From Heteronotia binoei (Eukaryota): a stretch of DNA of 64,000 nucleotides. Shown here piece after piece: positions 39,267 to 52,689 of the stretch. The translations under genes were made by a program, and so were the position numbers. Location: positions 18,290,001-18,354,000 of the forward strand of contig NC_083227.1 of assembly GCF_032191835.1 (NCBI RefSeq), in the 5' to 3' direction. How positions within the stretch are numbered: the first letter of the stretch is position 1; every line of letters begins with the position of its first letter. The notes below the pieces were generated by a model that worked only from the letters and a program-made list of their open reading frames with translations, did not search any database and had not been told where the DNA came from.

Positions 39267-41189
39267 ATGGATGCTGGTGAGGGGAATTCCACCACTGGCT
39301 CAGTGAAGAAGAGAAAGTACTATTGCTGTTTTAAGGACGATTGGTGCAAAGAAGATGCATTCAAAAACTGGCTCCGGAAGATCGACGGGATGACAGCAGA
39401 ATGCATTCTGTGCCATCAAGGCTTCTCCATAAAATACGAGGGAAGAAGAGCGGTGACCAGCCATGCGGACAGCTCCAAGCACAGGGAATCGGAGAAACAG
39501 CATAAAGACATGCCGCAAATCCCGGTGCTTTTAACCGAAACTGACGTCTACCAGGAAGACATGGTGACCGTTGCAGAACTGGGGCAGGTTTATCACAACA
39601 TCGTGCACCAGCTAAGTTACGCGAGCGAAGATTGCGCATACAAAATGCTCTCGGGGATTTTACCTGATTCCGTTGTGGCAAGAAAAATGTCATGCGGAGC
39701 GGCAAAAGCCACCAGCATCGCAGTGACTGTTTTGGCCCCCAAATCTCAAGAGCTTTTGTTGAAGGAGTTGGAGGAAGTGCCGTTTTTTTCAGTTGGCTCT
39801 GACGCCTACAACAAGGGAAGTAGGCAATATTTCCCCGTGACCATACGTTACTTTTCGGCGACAGAAGGAATTAAGCACGGCTTGCTTGATTTTTATAGCG
39901 AATTGTCGAGCGATTCAGTTGCGTCACGGATTGCCACTATTCTACAGGAAAACGGTCTGAGTGTGACCCGGATGGCCTCGTACATGATTGATAATGCCTC
40001 TGTGGATTTTGGGAAACACTGGTCTGTGTTCCAGGACCTCAAACAGCTTAATGGTGGACTGATACAGGTGGGGTGTATGGGCCACGTGATCCACAATTGC
40101 CTCAAGAAGGCAATGAGGGCACTCAGTTTTGACGTCGAAACCTTCGTCCTCAAGGTGTACAGCGAGTTTTCATCCTCTACCAAAAGGATAGACTCTCTTA
40201 TGTCTTTTTACGAGTTTGTGGAAACAGAGTACAAAGATGTGCTTCAGCACGTCACGACAAGGTGGCTGTCCCTCCTGCCTGCTGTTGACCGTATCCTTGA
40301 AAGCTGGTCCGTGTTGAGGGCGTACTTCTTGTCACTGGGGGAGGACGAGTGCCTCAAGATTGTGTGGGAGGCATTCAGTGCAGACGAACACGCATCCCTC
40401 CCGCTGTGTTATGTTCACTTCATTCACAACCTGATGAGGATTTTTTCCGAGTCCGTGAAGAAACTGGAATGCGACCACGTCACCTGCACGGAATTGCACA
40501 GCGTCCTGGAAAACCTCCATGCCAAGCTCAAGAGAAGGAAGGAGGACAAATTCTACGGGAAATCGTCCCAGGTCATTTTAAGCAACATCTCTGCGTTCGA
40601 GAACCGAAAATTCACCGAGGAAGCGGAGAAGACGCTGTCCCGGTGCATCGCATACCTGGAGCAGTGGTATTATTTTGAGACGTCGATTTTCGAGCAGATG
40701 GCGGTGCTCTCGTTGAACAGCGAGGTGAAGTGGTTCGATTTGGTGACCCTGGTGACGGCCCTCTGTATCGATATTGACATCGACCAGCTGTACAACGAGT
40801 ACTGCGTATTGCAGAAACTCCGAGAAGAGATTGTCTCCAAGGAGCAGAAAGTTGATCAGCGGTGGGTGAAAGTTTTCAGGCAAATCCCAGAACGTGCGGA
40901 GAGCCAGCTGCTGAAGTTAGTCTCTTTCGTGCTTTCCATTCCTGTGTCCAACGCTTTCTGTGAGAAAGTTTACAATCTCATGGCCCAGCTGTGGAGCAAG
41001 GACAAAAACAGACTGAGCGACTGTGTGGTGAAAGCCGAGCTGCAGGTCCAACTGAACTTCAACATTTCCTGCGCAGACTTCCACGAGTTCCTGTACAAGA
41101 ACCCGGAGTTGCTTAGAGCAGCAAGGGGCGAGCCAGAATACAAGTGTAAAAAGGAGGAACCAGAAGATGACATTCCACAGGCATCATAA
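39267..41189 (+). CDS. hAT-superfamily transposase-derived protein A (640 aa), likely domesticated
   Basis: Uninterrupted ORF with KKRK NLS-like motif, BED-like CILC..HADSSKH, catalytic-type D (GSDAYN), D (IDNAS), CxxH (CMGH), TRWLSL and E (SNAFCEK), plus hAT dimerisation-like C-terminus. Acceptor ctttgtttacag| at 39215 lies upstream of the ATG. Confidence 0.88.
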   Translation: MDAGEGNSTTGSVKKRKYYCCFKDDWCKEDAFKNWLRKIDGMTAECILCHQGFSIKYEGRRAVTSHADSSKHRESEKQHKDMPQIPVLLTETDVYQEDMVTVAELGQVYHNIVHQLSYASEDCAYKMLSGILPDSVVARKMSCGAAKATSIAVTVLAPKSQELLLKELEEVPFFSVGSDAYNKGSRQYFPVTIRYFSATEGIKHGLLDFYSELSSDSVASRIATILQENGLSVTRMASYMIDNASVDFGKHWSVFQDLKQLNGGLIQVGCMGHVIHNCLKKAMRALSFDVETFVLKVYSEFSSSTKRIDSLMSFYEFVETEYKDVLQHVTTRWLSLLPAVDRILESWSVLRAYFLSLGEDECLKIVWEAFSADEHASLPLCYVHFIHNLMRIFSESVKKLECDHVTCTELHSVLENLHAKLKRRKEDKFYGKSSQVILSNISAFENRKFTEEAEKTLSRCIAYLEQWYYFETSIFEQMAVLSLNSEVKWFDLVTLVTALCIDIDIDQLYNEYCVLQKLREEIVSKEQKVDQRWVKVFRQIPERAESQLLKLVSFVLSIPVSNAFCEKVYNLMAQLWSKDKNRLSDCVVKAELQVQLNFNISCADFHEFLYKNPELLRAARGEPEYKCKKEEPEDDIPQAS

Positions 41190-41970
41190 CTTTAATGTAA
41201 GAACAGAATGTTATTTACATAGGTTTTAAGTCAATGTAGTTGTACTTGTACAGCGCACAAAGGCCCGGCCCTCTCTGAACCTCTGCCCTTTCAAGATCTT
41301 CCCCAGCCTCTGACCCTTAAAGTCACTGTCCCCAAATCTCCAGAATGGCCAGAGCCTCCAGCTTCACCCATCAGCTGCAAATCCAAGACTGTCAGACTGT
41401 GTTTTCTTGTTTGCCCTCAGGCTAGAACAAACTTGCTTAATGTAAGAGCCACGTAGAATAAATGTCAGATATTTGAGAGCCGCAAGACATGAACATCAGG
41501 TGTTTGAGAGCAAGAAGGAAGGCAAATAGATGGGGGAAAAGAAGGAGAGGTGGAAAGAAAGCAACCTTAACTTTAAATACATTATCCAAACCACTGGCTG
41601 GCTTGGCTTGGAGAAGTGATTTAAAGGGAGAAATGCCTTCTCCAAGCCAGACGACGGGGCGGTAGGGACTTTGAGAGCCGCACAATATGTGTGAAAGAGC
41701 CATATGTGGCTCCCGAACCCCAGTTTGGCCATCAGTAGCCAGTAGGGGGTAGGTTGGCCAAACAATAGCCACCTCCTCTGGTAAAGAGAGAAACAGCGGT
41801 GGATTAGATACCCTATGGATAGTGTCTGGCAGCATCCACAGTGGTTCTCTGCTGTGAGTGCTGAGGGATTTGACACTGAAACAGCATCTTCACTGGGGTT
41901 ACATTCCATTCAGCTCTCAATGCTGCCAGAGGGCTTTTTTCTTGCTATCAGTAGCTGCTATAGCAATATA

Positions 41971-42262
41971 AAAAGGTAAAGGTAGTCCCCTGTGCAAGCA
42001 CCATTTCCAACTCTGGGGTGACGTTGCTTTCACAACGTTTTCATGGCAGACTTTTTACGGGATGGTTTGCCATTGCCTTCCCCAGTCATCTACGCTCCCC
42101 CCCCCCCCCAGCAAGCTGGGCACTCATTTTACCAACCTTGGAAGGCTGAGTCAACCTCGAGCCTGCTGCCTGAACCCAGCTTCCACCGGGATCGAACTCA
42201 GGTCGTGAGCTGAGCTTAGGGCTGCAGTACTGCAGCTTCACCATTCTATGCCACGGGGCTCT
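41971..42262 (-). mobile_element. Sauria SINE with 12-bp TSD
   Basis: Same consensus as 15098-15389; TSD tatagcaatata at 41959 and 42263. Partial copy at 59045-59250. Confidence 0.8.
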
Positions 42263-42565
42263 TATAGCAATATAGTAACTGCCTTTTTTAAAAAAAAAAA
42301 GCTGGCAAAGAGCTCTGTAGTGCAGGGGAAATGGCGGTTACAAAGGGACGATGGTAGTAAAATGGCTCCAGCCATGGGTGGGAATCTCCATCCAGACTAT
42401 GTTCTCACCCGCCAGGACTGTGATCTTCCTGGAAGGATCATAGCAAAACAGGTCTGGGAAAGTGTGAAGTAGAGCAAAGCATGTGAAAATCTGGGAAGGA
42501 TGGTGTCATATGGATGCTCTGGGGTCGGGGCAGGGAATCACTCTGGTTTGGAGGTCAGCGTAGGT

Positions 42566-42942
42566 CAGGGATGTCGAACTCATTTGTTATGAGGGCCGGA
42601 TCTGACATAAACGAGACTTTGTTGGGCCAGGCCATGTGTGTCATAAAATGTGAGGCCAGGTAGCAGACAGAGACAAACACAAAGATTTTCTTAAAAGCTT
42701 AAAACATCAGCACTCTTGCAATATTTTGTTTATTTCTCTGATAACTGACACCTCTCGTTCTGAATTACCACATCAAAAACTGGAGACAAATGTCTGTGCT
42801 GTAGCAATCTTGAGTATGCTGTTCAGGTGTTGTTCAAGTGTGTACCTGTAAGCTGCAAGCCTACTTTTGATTTGCTTGCAGGCCTGATGGGACCCTTCTG
42901 GGGACCTGATCCAGTTCCCAGGCCGCATGTTTGACACCCCTG
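42566..42942. mobile_element. hAT MITE (caggggtgtcaaac family), perfect 8-bp TSD gcgtaggt
   Basis: cagggatgtcgaac / gtttgacacccctg. Confidence 0.85.
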
Positions 42943-44826
42943 GCGTAGGTCAAAACAGCCATGTGGGTGCAGACTTATCTTTTCCCCTGTGCAATTCAAT
43001 TTTTGTCACTCCTATCCCCTCCACTCTCTGTTTCCTCCTCTTGACTTCTATCTACCTTTCAGTTGCAAACTCATGGGGGCCAGGGCTTCTTTTTGAAAAT
43101 GTATTTCTATCTCTGTGTAGAGCGCTGTGTACCTCAAAGGTGCAATCACGGGGATGCCTAAAACAGATTTCACAAAATAAAGGACAGAAAAAAAATGTTT
43201 ATTTTCTTATTTTTTTTAGGTGTTCATCCTGCCTTTTACAGAAGAAATTCAGCGTATGTATGAACCAGCACATCATGGCTGCAAATAATAACCCTCAATA
43301 AATGTTGCTGGAGGACCAAAAACTCTGAGGGGGGGAGAACCCATCTCGGATCCCTTGTGAACTGGATACCTTCTTCTAAATCAGCTAAGTCGGTGGCCAA
43401 TGGGATATGATATAGTTACAACATCAAGAATAATGGGCTGCGTTCTCCTCTCCTTCACCAGTGGCTGCGGTGCTGTGATCTTATAGACTGCTCAAAGTAG
43501 TTTGATGGAACAGATGAAATTGGATGTGATTACTGTACTGTTACAAGCTTAATTTGTTTCCTCCAGAAGCGAGTCACAGTCTGAAACCAAATTAGACAGG
43601 AATAGTTGTTAATGCCCTAACTATACTCTTTGCTGTGAACTACAATGTACTTTGCAGTATCCCATAATCTAGTCTAATCATTTCTAGGGGTGGCCGCTTG
43701 TCAGCTGACCCATTAAAACATTGGCAGTTCTAATAGAAGTTTAGGCAATGTTTAGATGGGTCACCTGACCAGCGTGCTAATCCTAAGAGGCAACCACGAA
43801 TCAAATACCATCATGGGTTAGGCTAGGGTTGCCAGGTTGTTCCTTTAGCGCCAGTGGTGGGATTTGGGGGGCATTTCCGGAGCGGATGGGGACGTTGCGC
43901 GATGTGCTGGTGTCGCTTCCGGAAGTGATGTTTGTGTGTTGGTGACGTCAGGGGAGAGACACTCTGCTTTGGGGGCAAAATATGATTTGAGGGCGATTTT
44001 ACCATAGAGCATTGCCCCCCGTGTCACCGGCTGGCATCACTTCTGGAAGAGATGAAAGCATATTGCACGTGACTTCGCTGTTGGGGGCGGGATTTCCTCT
44101 CGCCAGCCAGCTGGTCCACTGCAGGAAGGAGCACAGAAAAGTGGGGAAACCCCCACCTGGATCTGGGGAATGGTAAGCTTAGGTTGTCAGCTGACCTTTT
44201 AAAATTTCATTCTCCTGTCCTTTGATAGCAGAGGAAGGAGGAGGGCTGCTTGCCATGAGTTCTGCAGCAGAGCAAGAGCGCCTCCTGTTGGCCACCTGCT
44301 ATATAACTGCAGGGATCTCTGGGAAAAATCGGCCTTTAAGAATTTGTTTTTGTTTTGTCTATTTTGGAAGTTGCTGTTACTTAGCTTTATTTCTGTTTTA
44401 ATTTTTTTTTCTGAATTGAAACTGCAGGCTGACCCTGGTTTTCCCCTATAAAAGCCAAAGGGATGGAGAGTTCACATCTATAGAACCTCACCTAATATTG
44501 TTTAAACGTTAAGAGTAATGCATTATAGGGTTTTTAAAAGTGTTTCACAGGAACAACTGACCAGTTTGTTTTGTTAATTAGCAACAGTATCAAACCTGTT
44601 GATGAAATTATCTTTTGTTGCTATTCTAATAAAGCTTATGTTTAGAAAAAAAATCACTTGACCAATCGCTGAATAAATCTTTTTTTCCCCGCTGCCCAGA
44701 CGAATGGACAGTCCGAGCAGAGGTCAATAGTTTTGTCATCCTGAACAGTAAGAATTTGAGTTTCAACTGCAGCTTCATGTGGCTTCCATTTAATGAAAAC
44801 ACATTGCATGCGACTTCACTTTTGGG

Positions 44827-45103
44827 GGGAGCCAGTTTGGTGTAGTGGTTAAGTGTGCGGACTCTTATCTGGGAGAACCGGGTTTGATTCCCCACTCCTC
44901 CACTTGCACCTGCTGGAATGGCCTTGGGTCAGCCATAGCTATCGCAGGAGTTGTCCTTTAAAGGGCTGCTGCTGTGAGAGCCCTCTCCAGCCCCACCCAC
45001 CTCACAGGGTGTCTGTTGTGGGGGAGGAAGATAAAAGAGATCATGGGCCGCTCTGAGACTGATTCAAAGAGAAGGGCAGGGTATAAATCTGCAGTCTTCT
45101 TCT
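44827..45103 (+). mobile_element. Squam3-like SINE
   Basis: gggagccagtttggtgtagtggttaagtgtgcggactcttatctgggagaaccgggtttgattcccc. Further copies at 45850-46060, 46578-46848, 49240-49450, 56026-56188, 59488-59752 and 59870-60050. Confidence 0.8.
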
Positions 45104-48100
45104 TTTTAATATGGTTTCCCTCTTCACTATAAGAAGCTTTGGCCATCAGCTGAACATTCCTATCACAATGTTATCAGCTGGAGGGTCAGTGCCCTCTTCA
45201 TGGAATGCATTTAAAAAGAAATTCTAATGTAGTTCTGGCTGCAGCCTCTAGGGGTGCAGGGAAGGCAGAGCACAGCAGAGAGCTCAGGCCTTTCTGCAAA
45301 GTTTACCAGGAGGTGGAGAGAAACTGCTGATCTGCTCTTGCTCAACCCATCAGCTAAGCCTGCACTGGAGCAAGGAAAGACCGGCCTTCACAGGATGCAG
45401 CCTTCTAAAGGTCTATGGCAGACGTTGCCAAACATGCTTAATGTGAGAACCACATAGAATAAGCATTAAGAACATAAGAGAAGCCATGTTTGATCAGGCC
45501 AATGGCCCATCCAGTCCAACACTGTGTCACACATTGGCCAAAAAAAATTGTGTGTGTGTGTATACACACACATATATACACACTGTGGCTAATAGCCACT
45601 GATGGACCTCTGCTCCATATTTTTATCTAACCCCCATATTTTTATCTAACCCCTTGAAGCTGTCTAGTTGTTTGAGAGCTGCAAGACAGGAAGGAAGGCA
45701 AATAGATGAGGCGAAGGAGAGACAGAAAGAAAGCAACTTTTACATTAAAATGCAGTCTCCAAGCTTCTGGCTGGCTTGGCTTGGAGAAGTGATTTAAAGG
45801 GAGAAATGCTTTCTCCAAGCTGGCTGACAGGAAAAGATGAATACTAATAGCCAGCCTCCACTTGCAGCTGCTGGAATTGCCTTGAGTTAGCCATAGCTCT
45901 TGCAGGAGTTGTCCTTGAAAGGGCAGCTGCTGTGAGAGTCCTCTCAGCCTCACCCACCTCACAGGGTCTCTGTTGTGGGGGGAGAAGATACAGGAGATTG
46001 TAAGCCGCTCAGAGTCTGATCCAGAGAGACGGGCAGGGTATAAATCTGCAGTCTTCTTCTTAAGATTATATTTAGTTTGAATCAGGGGCATAAGGGGGTG
46101 GTCAGACGAAAAATTTGTCCAGGGGCCCATGGTAGCTCTCGGTAGCCCTGCCAATAAAAGGCTTCCATCTGCTAAAGTTTATACTTCAATATGTACCTTT
46201 TAAGCAGCCCTGACCTGAATGGCCCAGGCTCTCATCAGATCTCAAAAGCTAAGCAGGGTTGGCATTTGAATGGGAGACTGCCATGGAAGTCCAGGGTTGC
46301 TATCCAGAGGCAGGCAGGGGCAAACCAGCTCTGCTCATCTCCGGCCTTGAAAGCCCTGGGGGGTCACTATAAGTCAACTGCAAATTGATGGCACTTTCTA
46401 CCACCACTGGGGCAAAAGCCAGGTTTAGCTCTTTCTAAAATATGTCCAAGGGTGTCGCCTGTCTGTTTTATGTCACAGAATTGTTTTATGTTTATGTTTA
46501 ATTTGATTTATACCTCGCCCTCCCCGCCAAGGCAGGCGCAGTAGGAGCCAGGGAATCAAGCCTAGCATTTGTTTGGTGCCAGTTTGGTGTAGTGGTTAAG
46601 TGTGTGGACTAGGAGAACTGGGTTTGATTCCCCACTCCTCCACTTGCACGTACTGGAATGGCCTTGGGTTAGCCATAGCTATCGCAAGAGTTATCCTTGA
46701 AAGGGCAGCTGCTGTGAGAGCTCTCTCAGCCCCGCCCCCCTCACAGGGTGTCTGTTGGGGGGGGAGAAGATATAGGAGATTGTAAGATGCTCAGTCTCTG
46801 ATTCAGAGAGAAGGACGGGGTATAGATCTGCAGTCGTCGTCTTCTTCCTTGCAGATCTCAATGCAATAAGCAGATATTCTCAATTTTTCTTCCATCCCCA
46901 CATCTCTATACTCTGCTCCATTATTGTTAAATCTGTAATGAACTCTGATGCCCAAAACACATAATAGATACAGCGATCTCTTAATGGATTTACTTCTGTG
47001 AATCAGAATTACTGTAACCTAAAAGCATAGATTTATTCAGATGCCACAAACAAACCACAGTCCATTTCTACATGTTAAAGCTTCTATTAAAGGGACAGGG
47101 ACATTTTCCTTCACACCAGTTGTCAACCCTAAATTCAGCAGGTCAGGCCTAATTCTACAAGGTAAGAACACCAGTTAGCTGTGAAGATGAGGGCCATTCT
47201 TGCAGTTGGCCCAAGGTTCTGCAATGCCTTTCTGAATAAGGCACTGAATTGCTGCTTCCTCATCTTCTCTCTCCTTGAAGGGGAATAGCCAAACCTCCAG
47301 CAACTGAACAAAACCAACCACTTTTCCCCAAGAGTCACCCAGTGTTTGTTGGCAACAGAATCTTCACAACTGGCTACTGACAGAAATGGCTTTAAAAAAA
47401 AAAAAGGCAAGGAGATGTGGAAAGCAATCTGGGGTTTTACATAAGAGTGAAAAGCAGAACCTTTGCATTCAGCAGGGCTTTTTTGTAGGAAAAGCCCATC
47501 AGGAGCTCATTTGCATATTAGGCCACACCCCCTGATGGCACCATTGGTTCATACAGGGCTTTTTTGGTTATTATTTATTTTAAATTTCTATCCCACCCTC
47601 TTTGCAAGCGGACTCAGGGCGGCTAACAACATTCATATTTACAAGTTAAAACTAATAAAACATAATTACAATTTAAAACCATTTTGTGGTGCTGTACCAC
47701 TACAATATAAGCGAGTTCTTTTTTTCTTCTGATGGTGATCACATAGTATTTATTTATTTATTCGATTTATATCCCGCCTTCCCCACCGAGGCGGGCTCAG
47801 GGCGGTTTACTCTATAGTAACTCTATAATGATGTGGGGTGGCAGTTCTCTCCCGGTTAGATATCAAAGGCCTGTTGGAACAGTTCGGTCTTACAGGCCCT
47901 GCAGAAAGTAGAAAGATTTTGTAGAACAAGCCCAGTAGGAACTCATTTGCATTTTAGGCCACACCCCTTGCTGCCAATCCAGCTGGAGCTGTGTGCCTGC
48001 TCAAAAAAAAAAAAAAAGCCCTGGCATTTAGGAACAGTTTATCTGCAGTGACCTCAAGCCAGAGCACAGAATCGGCTGATGGGTGAATAAAAAATGTACT

Positions 48101-50061
48101 CTCAAACCAGATCTTCACATTCCCACACAAGTATACACAGGGTATGCATGTATGCAGGGCTTTTTTGGTAGAAAAAGTCCAGCAGGAACTCATTTACATA
48201 TTAGGCCACACACCCTGACATCACCAGTTACATGGCTTTTTGCAGAAAAAGCCCAACGGACTCATTTGCCTATTAGGCCACACCCCGTCACCAAGCCAGC
48301 CGGAACTGCGTTCTTGTGCGTTCCTGCTCAAAAGCCCTGCATGTATGTATCTCCATATAGATACCATTTTATCTATTAACTTTTTATCCCACCCTGAGGT
48401 GCTTAGAATAAATGTATGGCAGTACATGATTGCCTTGACCTGGATAGCCCAGGCTAGCCAGATCTCATCCAATCAGAAGCTAAATAAGATCAACCCTGGT
48501 CAATAGTATTTGGATAGGAGATCACCAAGGAATACCAGGGGTGGGGTGCAGAGGCAGGCAATGGCAAACCACCTTTGAATGTCTTTTGCCTTGAAAACCC
48601 TACAAGGTTGCCACAAGTCGGCTATGACTGGAGGACAATTTCCACCACCAGTACATGATTCTTCCCTCCCCATTTTGTCCTCATAACAGTCCCAACAGCT
48701 TCCAGTGACGCTCATGACTGCAGTTCCAGCAGTTTCCAGTGACGCTCATGACTGAGCAGATTTTTGAACCCTGGTCTCTCCATACCTGAATAGCTACGCC
48801 ACATTGGCTCTCCTAGGGTCACAACAACTGGGTGAGATAAGTTACAGGGCAGGAGAAGAACTGGTTCAAGGCTACTCACTCTGGTTCATGGCAAACTGAT
48901 GCTTTGAACCTGAGTCTTCCCACCGACACCGTACCAGCGTTGCCTTCAAGGCTTCCAAAAAAAGGAGAAAACAATTTTCCTGGGGCAACATACAGGTAGG
49001 TGTATTACTGTGATTTTGTTTGAAGTGACTAAAAGGAACCTTTGGCCAAAACTATATTGCAGAGGTGGCCAACGGTAGCTCTCCAGATGGTTTTTGCCTA
49101 CAACTCCCATCAGCCCCAGCCATTGGCCATGCTGGCTGGGGCTGATGGGGGTTGTAGGCAAAAACATCTGGAGAGCTACCGTTGGCCACCCCTGCTATAT
49201 TGGCTTGGATCCTTGGGGAAATTTCAACATACAGAAGATGATATTGGATTTATACCCCACCCTTCAATACCCAAAGGAGTCTCAGAGTGTCTTTTAATCT
49301 CTTTCCCTTCCTCTCCCCACAAAAGACACCCTGTGAGGTAGGTGGAGCTGAGTGTTCTGACAGAAACTGCTCTTAAGAGAACTGTTCTGCTGAGAACTTG
49401 TGACTGACCCAAGATCACTCCGGGAGGCGAACGTGGAGAAGTGGAGAATTAAGTCTGTGGACTTAATGACTATACCAACGAGGGGGAGGATTTTTTGTGG
49501 ATTCCCCTCTCTTCCTGCACCCCTTCAACTTGCCATGCTGCTCCAGGTTGGTGGGTCTCTGTCTCCCAGAAGCAGCATTTCAGGAATAATTGGGGGTGGT
49601 GGGGTGGAGCTGAGGAAGGTCTGGTCTATTGAGGAAAATCCCTTCTGTCCCAGGCACTGAGGGCTATCATTTCAATGGACCCATGCAGAGGTGGGGGCGG
49701 GGAAAAGGACTCTGACTTCCCACTTGTACCTGAAAATAAAGCAGCTGTTTCCCCTTGCTGTGTTTCACCTCCCATTGAAGGGGGGGGGGGGGGGGGAGAA
49801 TAACATTACCCATACATTTTTTCCCAATAGGCGAAAAGGTTGCTGAGCTGCGGCAATGCTTTGGGGCAGGGAAAGAGTAAAATGCTCCCTGTGGCTGGTC
49901 CCTGTAATAATAGCCGCGGTGGTTGACTTGTTAATATTGTCATGAATCCTAGAACAAAACAGAAAAGGCAGTTCCATCAAAAATATTCCTTTGGCTGCAG
50001 TGCTATTCAGTGGCTCTTCTGAACCTGCTCCAAGTCTCAGGAAAGTGGACAAGATTCTTGC

Positions 50062-50591
50062 CTAGTGGGACTTGGTGCTTGTGGGGGGGCACAGTGGGAG
50101 GGCTTCTAGTGTCCTGGCCCCACTGGTGGACCTCCTGACGGCACCTGATTCTTTTGGCCACTGTGTGACACAGAGTGTTGGACTGGAGGGACCACTGGCC
50201 TGATCCAACATGGCTTCTCTTATGTTCTTATGGGGCAGTGATGCTCTGTATTCTTGGTGCTGGGGAGGGCCAACAGTGGGAGGGCTTCTAGCATCCTGCC
50301 CCCACTGGTGGACCTTCTGACGGCACCTGATTTTTTGGCCACTGTGTGACACAGAGTGTTGGACTGGAGGGACCACTGGCCTGATCCAACATGGCTTCTC
50401 TTATGTTCTTATGGGGCAGTGATGCTCTGTATTCTTGGTGCTGGGGAGGGCCAACAGTGGGAGGGCTTCTAGCATCCTGCCCCCACTGGTGGACCTTCTG
50501 ACGGCACCTGATTTTTTGGCCACTGTGTGACTCAGAGTGTTGGACTGGATGGACCACTGGCCTGATCCAACATGGCTTCTCTTATGTTCTT
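50062..50591 (+). repeat. Three tandem CR1 3'-end units (two are 181 bp and nearly identical)
   Basis: Units start near 50062, 50231 and 50412; each ends ggcttctcttatgttctta. Confidence 0.88.
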
Positions 50592-52689
50592 ACGACTTGT
50601 AGCTGACAGGTGGTTCCCATCTTGTAGCCGTTGCCAATGAAGGAACTGGAAAGCTGTCAGCCTTTCTGAGTTACACATTTCATAGAAGGGACTGGAGTAA
50701 ACATGGCTCAGTGGAAGAGCATCTGTTTGCCACACAGAAGGTCCCAGGTTCAATCCCCAGCAGCTTCAGTTTAAAAGGAAAAAAGATGATGATGAGAAAG
50801 ATTTCTGCCAGAGACTCGAGAGCTGCCGTCTGAGTAGGCAGTGCTACCTTGATGGACCCAGGGTCTGATTCAATATAAGGCAGCTTCATGAGCGCATACA
50901 TGTGTGGCTCTTTCGGTTGAGGGCAACTGCCAATGCAGCTCTCCACAAGCCACAGAATGAGTCCCAGTCTTGTTGGGTGTTCCTTGCATTGGAACTTCAG
51001 TTGCGAGAGGTGGGATGTAAAGCAATTGTTCAGCAGATTGTAAAGCAGAGCAAGCTGAAAATGACGCAGCCCTTAGGGTGCAAGACAGAATCACAGAAAG
51101 TTAGGGTTTGAAGTGATGCAAGAGGTCTTCTAGTCTCAACTTTGGCTCAGTGCAGGTCTCCCAGGAGCACCTGTGCACCTCCAGGAATAACAGCAGGTTG
51201 CCACCCCTCCCTGTAGAGATCTGGTGTGGGGTAATAAATTGGTTGCTCTTTTCCTTCACCTGTGCTCTTAGGTATTTTTAAATAAAACAAATGCTATAAA
51301 AACATCCAGCAGTCCCTAGTCTCGTGCTTTCTCACCCAAAGAAACAGACACCCTCCAGCACTGCACCAGGAAGCTGCCTCCCTGGCACTGATGCCAAAAC
51401 TCCTGGGGGTGGCTGAATGCTTTTTTTTTTTTTGAGGGGGTGTCAGCTTCCTGGTAAAGGGAAACAAAATGCATTTAAAACAAGGGAAATATCTAGTGCA
51501 GCGGTGGCCAAACTTGCATAAGAGCCACACAGAATAAACATCAGGTGTTTGAGAGCTGCAAGACATGAACGCCAGGAAGAGAAAGAAAGAAAATGGATTT
51601 GGGGGGTTAGACGGTTGGAAAGAATGCAACTTTAACTTTAAATGCATTTTCCAACCCCACCCCCCAATGTCAGCTGGCTTGGAGACCCGATTTTAAGAGA
51701 CAAATGCCTTCTGCAAGCTGGGCAACAGGGTGGTGTGGGCTTTGAAAGCCACATAATATGCGCAAAAGAGCCACATGTAGCTCCCCAAGCCAGTTTGGCC
51801 ACTCCTGACAAGCATATTTTTCTCTTGTCCTTCCCCCTAGGAGTTCAGAGTAGCATGCATTCTTCTCCCTGCCCTGTTTCAGCCTCACAATGACACAGTG
51901 ATGTAGGTTAGGCTGAGGGTCACAGCCCTGAATAGGCCAGGAGAAAAAAAACGTCTCAGTGTGGCAATTGACATAAGAAAGCTGTTCATATCATTCCGTC
52001 AAGCTTGTATTAAAGGGGTGGGTTATTTTTCTTCAGTCCTGTTGGCAAGTCTTAACTTAGACGGCTTTTGTTTCTGAGAGCCGCAGCTTGTGAGGAGGTA
52101 AAAGGGGTGTGACTCAGAAGGCGAGCTGAGGTTGCTAACTCTGGGTTGTGAAATTCCTGGTGATTTGGAGACATAAGGTGGGGATCAGTGTTCCCTCTAA
52201 GCTGAGTTAGCATGAGCTAGCTCACAGATTTTGGTCTTAGTTCAGGAAGGATGTCCCCAGAGCACGATAATTTATGCAGTAGCTCACAACTTTAATGCCA
52301 GAAGCTCACAAAGTAGAATTTTTGCTCCCAAGACTCTGCAGCTTAGAGGGAACATTGGGTGGGGATCTGGAGAGAGGAGGGATCTAAGTACGGTATAACA
52401 TACAACAGAGCCCTCCCCTCCCAAAGCAGCCATTTTCTCCACGGAGCTGAACTCTGTCGTCTGAAGATCGGCAGCCATTCCGGGAGATCTCCAGCCCCAC
52501 CTGGAGGCTGGCAACTTAAAGTCGGGCCGGTTCATGTGTTTGAAGGAAGGAGCGCGGCTCAGGTAGAGCGACTGCTCTGCATTTGCAACGCAAACTTTTT
52601 TTTCCTCTCCTGGAGCCACGATTAGACCCTCCACCCTGCCGGGAACAGGCTCCGCATGGCACCATGCAAATCCCCAGGGATAGCTTGCA

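Noticed and set aside
40831-40960. Possible gene conversion between transposase paralogs (high nucleotide identity vs 57947-58080)
   Set aside because: Several silent differences remain; it cannot be separated from strong protein constraint without a sliding-window dS calculation.
26519-41189. SCAN-transposase fusion gene like mammalian SCAND3/ZBED9
   Set aside because: The SCAN exons are on the minus strand and the transposases on the plus strand; no plus-strand SCAN exon is in the window.
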